A stretch of 63,464 bases of DNA, counting the filler, from Perkinsus chesapeaki ATCC PRA-425 (Eukaryota > Protista > Perkinsozoa), in assembly GCA_013115145.1 (NCBI GenBank). It is 11 parts of 11 records of this genome, joined end to end, with 100 filler letters (N's around TTAATTAATTAA, not from the genome) between each part and the next. Parts side by side here need not be neighbours in the genome. Positions count along the whole stretch, not along the records: positions 48,097 to 59,385 come from JAAPAO010000852.1; positions 59,486 to 63,464 come from JAAPAO010001334.1; 9 more parts are not named here. One strand, given 5' to 3'. Of this stretch, positions 48,222 through 62,400 are shown piece after piece (within the stretch, counting starts at the first letter, position 1; each line of letters opens with the position of its first letter). The notes beneath the pieces were generated by a model that worked only from the letters and a program-made list of their open reading frames with translations, was not told the origin of the DNA and searched no databases. Both the position numbers and the translations under genes were made by a program.

Positions 48222-51200
48222 CTATATGGTTTTTATCCATTAAATCGATTAGTTCCGCCTCCGACAACAACTCCGGTGGCTCCGTCATTCCTCGAGACAT
48301 GACAAGTTCTGTAACTTTAACACGTTGATAGAGAGCTACTGGAGGTAACTCATCCGAAGTGCCTTTCCACTTCACGTACGGATATACCTATATGACCGTT
48401 TTTACCCGAGTAAAAGCGTCCCAGTTCCAACTACCTCCAACCAGTTCTCTTCAACAACAGTGAGACCGGTAGCGTGGAATGTCTCATCTCCCACTGTAAC
48501 CTCAATTTTCGATTCCGCACCTAATGGTCGCAGGTTCGATTCCCAGGACTTCATTTTTCTCACCAATTGCATCTGGTGCAACACACGCCAAAAAGTGCCT
48601 CGCTATTAATTCATATATTCTCCATTGATCGCCTTGTAGTTGTATTTGCGATCCTGGCCCTGCCAACTGAACTGGATGTATTGGAGGGTGGGCACCTGGA
48701 GCGTTGGATTGGCTAAGATCCTTTGGTACATGCCAGCTCTTAATCTTTCCGCTATGAAATTTCAGACCTCTTCTGGAGAGGAAGTACGAGCCTGGAGCAC
48801 CTGGTACTACCCGGTGTTCCAACACCGGCGGCGCATCTTTGAAAAGATAGCCAACCGAAATCGTCTTCACTTTCTCAGCGCCGATAGAAAAATGATTAAT
48901 AATAGTTTTCTGTATTTCCGTATTAGTACCACTAATACGCGCGTATCCGTGAATCATGGACACTTGACGGAAGATAATCGCTGACTGTCTGGCTACGGAT
49001 GAATCACTCAGCAGAAAGTGTTACGCTTATATTTCAATAAAATTATCTGTTTGAGAATGAAGATACGGAAAACGTCTAATGCTCAAGATTCCGACATGTC
49101 TCACCATCATCATGATTCCCCCTTCGTGGTTGTGTAAATTTTCCTTGCATTAATTGGTTTACGAATCCACCCCAAACTTGGCTGCCTTCATGTACCCTCA
49201 CCAGCGCTACTAAATCTATAGTTGGATTGAATCGATCGGTCTCTGTCCTTGGATATGAAATGATACCTCTATTGTACCTAAGATAAGTACTGCCATAACC
49301 ATTTTCACCCGCTACGTCCGCCCATGGCCATATATTATATCTCGAATTTTCCGCTAGCCTTGTCAGATCCTCTATACGGTATTGGGGATTTGACATACCA
49401 GACTAGCACCGCTAGTAGCGAAACGCAACACTTGAAGGTTTTTGGTGAAGAGGTTTCGGTTCCATACATGCACTAATTTACTGTCGTAGTATTGTTTATA
49501 GTATATTCAGTGGTAACCACTGTTTAAACTCGAAGATAACCGTTATCTATGTACTACATAGTATGTAGTACTGTACTTAGTTGTCGGCCAAAACCCGGGC
49601 ATACTTCTCCTCCGCAATACATGTTTAGCATATGCTGACCAAGTAGTATCAAGCGCCAGATTCAACAGAAGGCCCTGAGTTTCCGTTCTAGAATACTTCA
49701 GTCCATACCCTCCTATAGTATTCGCTCGACACACAGCTAGCTGCTACTAGACGTTCAGACAATTAGACAATCACCTCAAGCCGGGAAACGTTGCCACTGC
49801 TACCGGAATTATCAGCAACGACCGCCACAATGCTCGTTCAAGGAGCATTATTTGCATTAGCAGTGTCCTTCCTTATCTGCACGAGTTGTGCAGCTACATC
49901 AACAATACTCATATCATACGCGCGTTGCTCGAACATGAATGTACAGCCTTTATAAACTTGTCCTTTTTGACTTCGTTCAGTAAGCTCCTCAACGAGGACA
50001 AAAGTGGAAGTAGCCAGCACTACCAGTCGTTGTGATGGCCACTTCCACTGTCCGTCTGCAAGGCGTATGCCATAGGGTAAGTCAGTGACTTGAAGTCGCG
50101 GAACCTACAATTCGTCACAGTTCCGCCTTTTAGATGACCGGGACACTACGTCTGTCCCTTATAGAAAGCCAAAGGAAAGCGTCACTGACGTCCAAACTGC
50201 CAACGCCCGCTTGGGAACGCTTTAATAGAAATCACACTGGTTACCGCCAACTCAGCAAACACTCGATAAATCATCATCCAGTCGTGGACAACACCTCGCA
50301 ACAATTGTACCGCCGAGCTTTCAAGGCATCTCGATTCGAGGTTCGAAGAAGTCGGTGACTTCTTCGGATCTCGTATCGAATCGAATGGTGACTCCAAGTC
50401 ACCATCAGAGCCTTTCTCTCGAATATACGGCAGCAATACTGAAGAATACAGCCATTCATAGTGGAGACTCGACGAGATAACCACTGACATACTCGGAAAA
50501 ATGGTGACTCGATAACTTGAAGTCACTGATTTACGAGTAGAATGAACCAGCAGTAATGAATTCAATAATGAAATTATCTCATCATTTTCGATGTTTAGAG
50601 ATATTCCGCTGCGCAAGATCAAATGAAATGTCAGCTTGATATTTCAGTTCAACCAGCCCACCCGTGGGGCCGGGCCGGCCTGTTGCCTAGAAAAGTTCCG
50701 CCATGTGGAACGTTTGAACAATGGGGTTGTCCGTCATATTTTCCCACCTACAACTCCTCAGCTATTCTCATAGCCTGCCGCGAATCTATTCTCAATTTAC
50801 TGGAAGCTAACTTGGCAAATTCTACCGTACTCAATGGCAATGGCCTCCATCTTGACTTCGGGTTATGGGATACTTGAGTCACAACTCCTCCGCCAAACTA
50901 ATAACAAAAGTTATTAAGCAACTTAACTTAGTTTACAGCTTAATATAAAGTTAAGCTCAGTAACAGTAGGTCCAACCAGTTATTGCGTGAATCAACAAGA
51001 ACAACCACTAGTAGACAAGACGTAATATAAATGGTACCTATACGAATAGACCTTCTTTCATAGACGCATGCCGAGTGTAAGTATATTAAATAGATAAAGT
51101 TAGAATACTCAGCCGGTGATACTAATAATGTTAGTATACTACATGTTATAAGTAGAAATACTTATTCATATAATGTGACTTATTACCGCGCATCATGTAG

Positions 51201-53672
51201 TACATGACATGTACTGTTAATTATACCATTATTATAATAGGAAACAACACTACTCTATAACCACATTGATCTGCATTAAACTCATCCCCAATCTTACCTG
51301 TCGAACATGTTGTAGGCATCTATCATAAAGTATAGTAGTAACAATATGATCATACAGCCTATTCCGTCCCCAACGCAGTCTAGCATCGACGAATTTGATA
51401 TCTTGAGCTGGCTTCACTGAAGCATCATTTACAGGACCAACTGGTACTGATATCTAAGCAGTAGATGGTAATGGTAGATTACGGAGAGAATGATTTTGGA
51501 TGATCTTTCTGCTATTTGAAACGTCACTGAGGTTTTCAAATCCATGGCAGCTGCCAGAATTACCGCTTACCCAGGAATAACGCTCACCATTCGGCAGATT
51601 TAACTTCCACACAGTACTACAACTTACTAACAACTCCTAACTCACACTCAATAGCAACATTTGATACATATATATTATAATAATTATATACATGACGTGT
51701 CACCACTTGGCCTGTTTCCAATACTACCGTGCAGTTTATGGTCCAAAAAGGTTCCCGAATGAAGCTCTTCTGCCTGAGCCAGCGCTGCACTACGAATCCA
51801 AGCGTTGGGAATTGGCATGGCCCATATGATAGTATTCCCTCTTGAAGGGGCAGTTTACGTTTATAACGCAATGTGAGGAATCTGGTGAACGAGGCGCCTG
51901 ATGCAATGGATTATTGTACACTCAATCGCCCAAAGAAAAATCAAGCTCAACGCTCGAAAGGTAAATTTTTATATCATTCCCTACAATAAAGCCTACTATA
52001 ACATTTTCCTATAACTTTACTTGTTCCCACCACATGTACTCTACATTATGAGTCATTATTAGCAAACCCACGTCTCCGTGGTATTATCCGTACGAGCCCC
52101 TCAGACTACTTCTGGGAGAACTACCCCACAATACTTTAAATCCTAGCAAACAACCCAGTACTACCAATCCTCAGGTCAATTTCCTGTCTAGCATCAACTG
52201 CAGCCGCCAGATGAGGATTCGGTCGAGCTAGATCCCTACACGCTCTTGTTAGATCGGCTTGAGTTAACGCGGAGAAATTAGCACGATGAATATCCAGCCC
52301 TGGCTTTGCCTGATCAGAGGAAGGAGCGGTACGGAATTACCCTGGATGAATCGGTACAAATTTGCATAATAGACACAAAATTCTTTCTGACACCTCTAGC
52401 TATTACCTCCCGACACACTTGTATAACCTCATACGCTATTGCCTCCCCTTCTCTATCACAATCCAGCCAAAGTATCAACCAATCACATGTTCGAGCCAAT
52501 CTCCTTAAATTATTAGCAATAGGTCCCATATCGTTGCCGACAGACCTACCACTCTCATCAGCAGCAGCTGCATAACCTATCCAATACAACTACGTCCCAT
52601 AACACGTTAAAGACTATATATCAGTAATATTGATAAATATCACTCGAGGGCGTTGATAAGCCCTCGATAAACGATCGATTGAAACGCTATAAGCTACTAT
52701 CTATGTATAAGTCATATTCCAACGCCTATCACTGTGACATTGATATACACCATAATTAATACATATCATTCGTGATTCGATCGATCCTAATTATGACCCT
52801 ACACCAATAATCGATTCTATGTATCATTACCTTATAATGAATAAACAATAGTTAGTAACGCATTTTTGATATTTTTCCTTGACTCAATACGGACTACGCC
52901 CGAACCTCTCTCTACCCCTTTTACTACTTAACAACTGGAGCAGCATACAACGCCGCTGGATCTGTCCTGTCCCACTGACCACGATATTCCGGGCCGAACT
53001 GCAGCCCCATCAAATGCCCTCTGACCGCCGTTACTACCATCATAACCTGGAAATGATACTAATATATAAAGTCCGCATGATTCATGCTCCCAAACACAAC
53101 TTCACGAAACATCATATTTTTATGTAGACTCTGGAGACTTGATTATTTGTGGTACCCGAGCTTCGATTGGCAATGATGCCCCTCAACTGCAAATTGGGAG
53201 GGACCGCATTGTGCACACCTTCCCCATGATAACAACACCTCCTGTATCCCGATAAACTATTTCAAATGAAGGAAACCAATGAAAGTATTGTTTAACAATT
53301 ATAGTTGAACTAATCCATAAAGCTCCGTAGAATAATCAATGAATAGATTCATTGAGTTACACTAATGAATTAAAATAATTAATTATTATTATTCGAAACC
53401 TACTGCCGTCTACCACTAAGTGATGATATGACCCAATGTGGACAGCGCCATATCACTATTAAAAATACGATCCTATCATTTCCTGGCGCACTTGACCTCT
53501 CCTTTACTACATCAACATTGCCCAATAATCTATAGGGAAACTCTCCAACAGGTGGATTGCCATTCGGCACCACACCTCCCCCCAATATACGGCATAATTC
53601 ACGCGCCACAGAATTCTTTTCCGCCACATTTAGCGCCCGGATACGACGACCTCCAGCCGCCTGGGGATTCAT
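48222..53672 (-). CDS. TOP3A: DNA topoisomerase III alpha (multi-exon, 3' part beyond contig end)
   Basis: [87 protein letters not shown] (catalytic Tyr), [23 protein letters not shown]. Confidence 0.95.
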
Positions 53673-54376
53673 TTCGGTGAAATAGACTAACATATCCAAC
53701 AAAAGTTAGCACCCCGCCCGAACTCCAAATATTTCCTCGTATGCTCTTTTAGCAGCTCCCCGGAAATGTCTCTCATTAACCGGCTAAGTGACTTTGATTT
53801 TTCGGTAAATCGAGACATCATTTTATTAGGAGGTATCAGATTGGTCCTACTACCCATTTTCCCTCTACATATTCGATCCATCTCGGTCATTTCCGGTTGG
53901 CGAGGAGATTTCGTCCAACTGCCGACGGGAAATGCAATAGGCTGTTCCCTCTGAAAGGCAGCAGCCCTATCCACCCTTAAAGCCTAGTAATCGCCTCTCG
54001 GGTCAATACCAGATCTGATGCATACTTCTCCAGTGGAAGAAGTTCTTCCGATAGTTTATTTTGTTGTGTGAGAGCTCTTCCGAAGTACTCTCACACAACA
54101 CAGTAATCAATCGCCAACGCCAACGAAGCCTACTGCGTAACAGAACTCCTAGGAATAATTATTACAGACGATACGTATTGTATCAGTTTACTAATAGATC
54201 CACCCACCACGTAAATCAAATCATACCATCGTCCCATCGAATCGCATCATATTCCACCTCCGATGAGGCGCTCAATTCCTGTCTTTACTGTTGCATCGCT
54301 CAATTAATGATATATAGTTAATTCTACTATAAAAAAACATCCACGTGAATACAAGAAACACGTTCGCCAAAATAAC

Positions 54377-56400
54377 TTAATCAAATGACCTAATGCTTCC
54401 CATGTCCGTAATCCTCCCCAAATCGCCGGTCTTTTTAATAGTGGGCCACCAGAGCTCCAAGCAGTCCTCATCTCTGGCCAGAAGATCGAACCATGGGGTA
54501 AAAACGTAGTGATGAGATCTTGGCAAACGACGCAATTCGCGAAGATCGGACACCCAACGGGTCTCCTCAACCTGAATAATACACCACTGCACCAGGAATT
54601 TGGCGGAATCGCCAAAGGCTAGGACACTTACATCACGACAGACGCGGAAAGAGCTCTGGAGAACAGAAAAATTAACGGAATTACAAGGTGTGTTGCGAAA
54701 GCGTCACAGCCCGGATGGCGTGAGTGCTTCCAGACATTTTAAGAAAAATGTTCAGAGTCATCCACGACTTAGTATATATCAAATTATGGTACGGATAAGC
54801 AGTGCTATTTGAACTCTATAAACAGTGTAATATATACGGTATCTTATCAAACCAAGCTAACTAATCAGGTCTCCTCCCCCGACTTCTTTACTACCTCTTC
54901 AGGATTGTGCGCCACCGGAATCTGGTCTTTACAGAATCCAATTAGAATATAGTCAATCTCAGCCTCACCAAAATCAGAGCCATCTCCAGTACAACGAGCA
55001 GAATATCTACAGTAATTTCGTGGCGCAGCGGTCGAAACGAAGAACTACTACTTTATTCTGGTCAGCGGATGGAGCTCATTGAGAATCTACAGAAAAAACA
55101 AGTGCAACATTGAAAGCAACCACTTTGCGAAAAAACCCAGCAAATTTCGCAGTGCAAAATCGGCGGGTGAAAGTTCTAGGGACCCTTCCAGCGACTGACT
55201 TGCGCATCGTCTGGGGATTCGATTACTAAAAGACTTAAATAAGGCTTCCCTTTTGCCGGAAAATGGGGACAATTTTTCAACAGGTTTTGACACTTTATGC
55301 AACTTTTACACTATCAACCGCATTCAAACAGCTAGTCACCTGATCCTTCTTGATACCCAATTCCTGCTCTAGTCGCCTGTAGGCCGCCGCTACAACACCT
55401 TGGGACGGAGGCTCCTGAAAATGCGAAGCATTGTAAAAAGCTACACATTTGAATAGATTGCTGCTGCAGCTGCTGTTATTGACTGTCACTAGTCATATTT
55501 TCTATATTTTCACAAGTTAATACTTTCTATCCACGCCTATATAGTATATTACCAAGTACAATGGCTCTGCGTACTACTTAGTAATTATTCAACTATTAAT
55601 TATATATCTAACAAAAAAATGAGTATGCTTATTAAATCCGATACACATTATAAATCACTCGACTATACAACATTATTATTATTAATTACATTACAAATTA
55701 TAATACGTATCTTACCGTATTCTCGTCATCATTAAATTCAGGATGACTGCAGCATGCATTAGCCCACATTGAAGGATAAGTAATCTAATCAAATAAGTAA
55801 CACCAAAACTATCAATTACACCTTACCTTATTTCCCGCTCTTTTTTGTATTAACATTGATCCTGTGCCCTTCTCGAAGAGCAGCACCGAGAATGCTCTGT
55901 GGTAGAGATCTGAACGGCAAGGAAGTGAGTTTTACTCCGATAAAGAAGCCGAGTCAAAGCGAGCGGTCCAGAATTCAGTGAAATAAGGAAAGATGATAAA
56001 TGAATGTTTATGAATAAAAATCCATCGGCGTTGTCAATAGAGATTGATAGCTTTATGGACCATGTTGCAGATCTCAAAAGAGTCACCTTTATTTTGAATA
56101 TTCTTCCATAAATGAGACTCCAACTTGGACATAGGGCCGATCGCCTTGTCATCGGTCGATACCTGGAAGAGCAGCTGGAGGTGTCAGAATAAACCCACTT
56201 ACTTGAATAACCTTTGCCGAATGCATCAGATTCACTTGCTCCTCAGATGAAGCTTGTGGTATCTTTCCAGCACTGGTTGACATTAATCGGCACGCCAATG
56301 AAGATATCGAACCGGTTAAAACCCGACTGGGAAAGGAAGAGAGCATCAAAGATTCGTGTGGATTATACCAACTAATACGAGGCGCCATGTGGCGCTCCAT
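54377..56400 (-). CDS. IDI1: Type I isopentenyl-diphosphate delta-isomerase (NUDIX) with N-terminal targeting-like extension
   Basis: Spliced: [97 protein letters not shown]. N-terminus M..APRISCRVLTGSISSLACRLMSTS. Confidence 0.92.
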
Positions 56401-57095
56401 GCGCCATACTGTCTAATAGACAGTGTACAGTGTCCATTTAAGCACGTTCACTTTCCAACTCAACCCCTTTATATCTTTAACCCTATTTCCAGCTATAAAC
56501 ATGCACCTTGTACGATATTAGTCAATCTACACTTAGAGAGTTGAGCGATAGGCTGCTTAAGATTACCCAGTGGCTGCGGAATTGAGATTGAGGGAGCGCT
56601 GCACGCAGACGCAGTGCTGTGCGCCGCACAGTATTTCCGACACAAAGCACTTAAATAGGATTTGTGCTACGGTGAAGCACCCTGGATGCGGCCCTTTACC
56701 AACGGAGCGTCCGTTTTTGACAACTTTGCCAACCTGACAAAAATGAGTTTCACTGTATCATGACAAGATTATGACACGGTGTCGAAATTGTAAAAGAATA
56801 AACGTTATCTTTAAGCAAATTGCCTATTTCCGGCTTTGAGATAAATGTTATACAGTTGTCATAGATACAGCGTAATTTTATTATGCTGTCAAAAATTTCT
56901 TTACACAAAGAATAGCAGTACCGGTAGTGGTAGTAGCCATAGCTGTTTACCCGTTCAATTAACATTCCGACTAACGCAAGAGAACATTGCAGTAGATATA
57001 GAAATGATACAGTTATGTACAGAAAAAAGATATGTGGCTACAGATGAGAGTATACAAAACAAATAAATATATGGCTCGCGACCCGCATCGGAAAG

Positions 57096-58343
57096 TTATT
57101 GCGCGTGGCTATTAGTCTCACCAAACAAGTTTATCAAGTAAGCTGAATAGTTGCTTAGGTCCTTAGGAAGAGCATTTCTGTTATCCCCGCTGGCCAGTCC
57201 AAGCTTTTCAGCTACCTTGAGCACTGTGTCGGCCAAACTAAGATAGTCCGCGAACTTTACAGTTCGAAAAGTCAAATCCGAGTACGCATCGAGGTTAAAC
57301 TTATCACGCGCCAGCCAATCTACAGCTTCCCGGATCGAAGGACTTGAACGATGTTGTACGTGGAAACGGCATTCAATGCGGAATCCACCAACGTCTTTCT
57401 CTCCCACCCAGCAAAGCTTAGTATGTAGATTTCTTAAGTTGTCTAGCATTTGGCAGAACCTGGGGCATGTAGTTGCCAGTGAACTTGCCACGCTGAAGGT
57501 CATGCTAGACAACGCTTTGATTACGTGACGCAAACGAAGATAAAATCAACGAGAGGCCACTTATCACACGAATTCGAGTAAGAAGTTGTGAATTGTACAG
57601 TCCCATAGTCAAGTCCACCCAACTTGTCAAGGACTTTGTACTGCTTCTTACTCTGGACAACCCGACGAAAGACCCATATATCCTCTGCCTTGAATATTTT
57701 CCCGATATCGTAAATAGTTCCACCGAGACGGGTGTCACTAGAAAACGTGTATCGGTGAAATATGCTTAAGACATATGGGCGGAGTTTAATCTCGATGCCA
57801 TATCTAGCGGCGTATAGGAAACCGTTTTGGTTCGGATACGACGTTGCCATACAAGCATCGTAGATTACCCTCGAGTCGAGACTGACCACCCCCGAAATGA
57901 CTGATTGCTCATGAGTGTTCTCAAAGATGGTGTGACCACGTGATAGCAATTCTTTGCAGAACTGCTCCTTTGGAAACTCTAAAGCGTGAACGCCTAATGT
58001 CCAGTGTCCACCATAATGGGGAGTAGGCAATTAGCGCTTCGGGACGGATGCACACGAAAATAGCGTCTAAGTCATAGACGCCATAGTTTTCGAGCGCATC
58101 ATCGCGGGGTGGCGCGATGAATGAAGAAGAAGCAGAAGTAACGGAAAGAAAAGGTGGCACGGTTGATGAGCCCGGTAGTGAATGGACCACCATACCGTAC
58201 GACTCGAGACTCGAGTCGCTACTAGGCGTAGCGACACCGGCGACAAAAACATTTGGAATACTGAGGCTATTATCACCCAACTCTCCCATTATAACATCTT
58301 CTCCAGATTCGTAAATGAATAAATGAGACTCCAACTTCGACAT
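57096..58343 (-). pseudogene. Unassigned intronless ~400-aa ORF remnant in three overlapping frames
   Basis: ORFs 57921-58343, 57521-58030 and 57096-57533 overlap head to tail, with protein-like composition and no evident introns. No family recognised. Confidence 0.4.
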
Positions 58344-58935
58344 AGGGCCGATCGCCTAATCATCGGTCGATACCTGGAAGAGCAGCTGGAGGTGTCAGAA
58401 TAAACCCACTTACTTGAATAGCCTTTCCCGAATGCATCAGATTCACTTGCTCCTCAGATGAAGCTTGTGGTATCTTTCCAGTACTGGTTGACATTAATCA
58501 GAACGCCAATGAAGATATCGAACTGGTTAAAACCCGACTGGGAAAGGAAGAGCATTAAAGACCTGTGTAGATCATACCACCTTGTACGAGGCTCCATGCG
58601 CATACTATCTATCTAGGCCCGTTAATCTCCAACTCAACCCATTTATATCTTTAACCCCATTCCTAGGTATCAACATGCACCTTGTACTATATTAGTCAAT
58701 CTACGCTCAAATAGTTGACCAATAGACTGGATAAAGTTACCCATGTACTGTAATAGCTGGGGAATGATTCCCCAATCTGCCCGTAGACGCAGTGACGAGA
58801 GGCGCACCTCACAATATCTCCAACACAAAGCACGAAGAAGATAATATCTTCTTCGTAGCTTCACCGTAACACAGACCCTATATTGTAGGGTTTGTGTTAC
58901 GGTGAAGCACCCTGGATGGGGACCTTTACCAACTG
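58322..58935 (-). pseudogene. Duplicated upstream region and first exons of IDI1 (pseudogene)
   Basis: Near-copy of ~56105-56700. It has TGA replacing CGA in exon 2 and TAG (58356-58358) replacing AAG in exon 3. Homology stops after KLESHL. Confidence 0.88.
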
Positions 58936-59485
58936 GAAAATACTAACAAATATAATATGTTTTACGTCGAGTACCGCTCACGGACTAAAGATTGAAAGGC
59001 AAATCGTACAAATTTTAACCCTCCGTCCTCCTTCCCTTTTGATGGCGATGTGAATGGATCACTGTCATCCTAGAGGGTTGCAAATTGGCATCGCGTAGAG
59101 TTCGTCACGGAGAGGCTATTAAAGAACAGTTATAACAATAATCGAGACTGTTCATCACACCCGTTGCCCTCATTCGGTGAGCGACTTTCCAATAAACCTA
59201 GACACATCAATTGTTCCCGGTGGAAGGACTTGGGGTCACCAATGTCCCCAGACTTGGATCACTTACACTAAACTTGTGCAAGAATGCGAAAGGTACTGGG
59301 CGTGCGCTACTCTGTAGCAAGTCATCCCGAGACGTAATAGTAGTTTCATCAACACAAGAACCTGGCATTATGTTAGGATGGTTGCNNNNNNNNNNNNNNN
59401 NNNNNNNNNNNNNNNNNNNNNNNNNNNNNTTAATTAATTAANNNNNNNNNNNNNNNNNNNNNNNNNNNNNNNNNNNNNNNNNNNN

Positions 59486-62400
59486 GCACAGCCTCGATGC
59501 ATGAAGTACCTTGATCTCACCATCGCAGACTATCTTCACCTTGCGAAAGTATCCATAATCTTCGGCATTAGTGATGAGACCACTTGAAGTTGGAAAACCA
59601 ACCACCCTCCAGCGCCTCTCGCTGAAAGGGGTATCATTAGAGTTCGTAACCACCTTGTCGAACCTCGTAGTTGCCCGCACACGGACAATACACCCTGGGT
59701 AGAGCTCATGCTTAGTACTGGAGATAAGTTTCTTCTCTGCTAATTGTACTGCATGGTCGACGAGTCTCTTCCACTCGACTCCGGCTGGATCGGCATTGAA
59801 CATATCATTAGGGATCCGACCAGTAACAGAGTGACATGTGGTATTATATGCCCTCATAACTCGAGCAACAGCAGCATCCACATCCATAGATGCATCATCA
59901 GCGAGCACAGCACGCATCCAGCGTCGCACGGTGCGGTGTAGTGATTCAATCATACCATTAGACTGACTGGAACGTGCCGGCGTGTGCAAACGAGTGACAT
60001 TGGGAAGCCTACACGCCAAGAAGGCAGCAGCGTTGTCAGTCAGCAGATACACAGGGCGTTTCCCCAAGATCTCCCAGCTTCTCTCGAAAGCCTGCTGTAT
60101 AGTAGCTGCATCTTCACCATCAAGCTTGATTAGACATGCATACTTACTGACAGCACATTGCTGAGAGAGATACGGTGCTGGTAAATAAACAACATCCGCA
60201 CTAACAACCGAGAAAGGCGTGGCTCCGGCTAGTCTATCAGGCGAAAATATACTAACATCATGGCCCACTATCATGGGTCTGGACTGCCGAGAACATATGT
60301 CGCAGTTCGACAGCATTGCTGCTGTCTCATCCAAGATATTAGGGAACCAGCACAGTCCTGATAGTACTTCGACTATACGCCGAAACCCGCTATGGCAGAG
60401 GAGCGAGTGGACACCATGAACAACCTCGGCCTTCAGAGTATCTGGCAGTACTGGTACAGTAACCACCAATCCCTTACACGGGGCATAGTATTCACGAACC
60501 AGCATATCATAGTCGTTGATGCTTATGTCAGGTAACACCTGTTGAATGTCCATTGGTACAGACTCAGGGACCAGCCGGCCACTACGGAGAGCTCGGCGAA
60601 CCTTATAATAAACCTCGTCATCATACTGGGCGTCTATGATCGCCCCGTGGTTCAAAGTAAGGTCCTCATCAAGCAACCGCACACCCGGCTGCGCCACCGT
60701 GGCCGCGCCGCCAATGTCAGCCTCGACATTAATTCCATGACGGTCATGACGGTCGCCCTCCATGGATGAGAGTATAGCGAGGAACTTCTCATCCACTCGC
60801 GTTAGGATGTCACTGCCATTGGACTCGCTTTCTACACGACGCACCTCCAGACTCTGCAGCACCTCCGCGATATCATAGATGCACTGGAGCCTTCGGCTGA
60901 CAATAGTACTGGCCAAACCACCTTTCTTGACCGCCTCTCCTTTCAGGAATCTACTAACCCAGGCGCGTACGCACTCATTGTCCACGTGCAAGACGACGCG
61001 GCCATTTACATACGGCGACGCCCAGATCAGTGCCTGCGCAGCAGCGCAAAGCTCATTGATATTTACATGTCTTAAGGAGGCTCGGCGGTCAAGCAGCCAC
61101 GATACATCTCGAACCACCACTCTTTCGCCATTCTGCCTTTCATAGGCCAAGGTGGCACCCATAGCGATGCCACTGGCGTCGGACTCGATGTGCCAAGCCA
61201 CCACCTCATCACTCGTAGAAGGCGGACAGAACCAGATCCCGCTGGCGGGGTCGCCCTCGCACTGGAGCTTCTCATAGATGCAGGCCGCGAGGTCGACAAC
61301 ACTCTCGTCCACCACAGAGTCCCAGCCACCAGAGCTGGATGCCCGCAACAGCATAGCCACACATGGCCGTAACCAACCTGCAATGGGAACGTGCCCTATA
61401 AGGCGCCCACACCACGCTGACAGTTCTCTGCGAGTGATAGGATTGGATGTGTCCATCTCCAAATCCAGATCCGCGCGCCGTTTCCACCGCAGACGGCCTG
61501 CTTCTCTGTATAAATCTAAGCCAAGCACTCGCGATGACTCACCGATCTTACAGGTTTCCTTACAATACATATTTCCCTTGGCCAATGCTTCCCGTACAAG
61601 CCGGACCGATTCAGGCTCAACAGCTGCCTCTCGCTCCCCGCACCCTTCATCTTCGATTATTATATCATCTATAAATGATGAGATAGGGTATGGGATACCA
61701 CGTAGAAGCCAGCTGATAACGGCAGTTGCCACCTTGGGCGCCACTGAAAGACCAAAAGGTAGCACTTTCATACAGTACACCTTCTGATTGATGAGCACAC
61801 ATAAGTACTTGTACAAGCATGGCGCCATATGTATGGCATAGTAGCATTTTTTGACATCCAAAGTGTAACCGTGCACCACTGACCTCCACCGATGGAGCGT
61901 TTCGGGACAATTCACGATACCACGAACAGGCTCGCTCTTGAGGCACCGGTTAAGTCTCCGGAAATCGAGGCACATTCGCAATGGTGTGGTGGTCTTGTGT
62001 GGCTATGACACCAATACCCAAGGCAAAATATTATATACCTCTCCTTCGTATGGAGCTACCCAACCGTTCGATACCATCTTCTCCACCTCCACAGTCACTT
62101 GTGCTTCTTCTTCTGAGGTCAGGGATGGGTTGTAGTCCCCCCTATTCGCCATAGTCATAGGGGAAGGGCCTCGGCCATCCCGCCATATCCAGCGACATGT
62201 GAAGTGGCAGTCATTGGCTTCACGAATAACCTCAAAGTCATCAGCTGTGATCACCACCTTACCGCTCTGATACACATGAGCGTGAACACCAGGAAGATCG
62301 GGTAACCGGCACTCGTTGACTAGCGTGTCACCACCCTCGTCAGAACTTTGAACTCGCGCTGCAGCGCCGACCTGCACCTTACCCGCCTGGTTCCATCGGA

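Noticed and set aside
48526-48543. GGTCGCAGGTTCGATTCC in a TOP3A intron as a tRNA gene
   Set aside because: Only a B-box-like fragment. The T-stem does not close and there is no acceptor or D arm.
56660-56680. ACCGTAGC upstream of IDI as a spliced-leader relic
   Set aside because: Only 8 nt match the dinoflagellate/Perkinsus leader and the following CATYTTGGCTCAAG is absent. No full leader was seen anywhere in the window.
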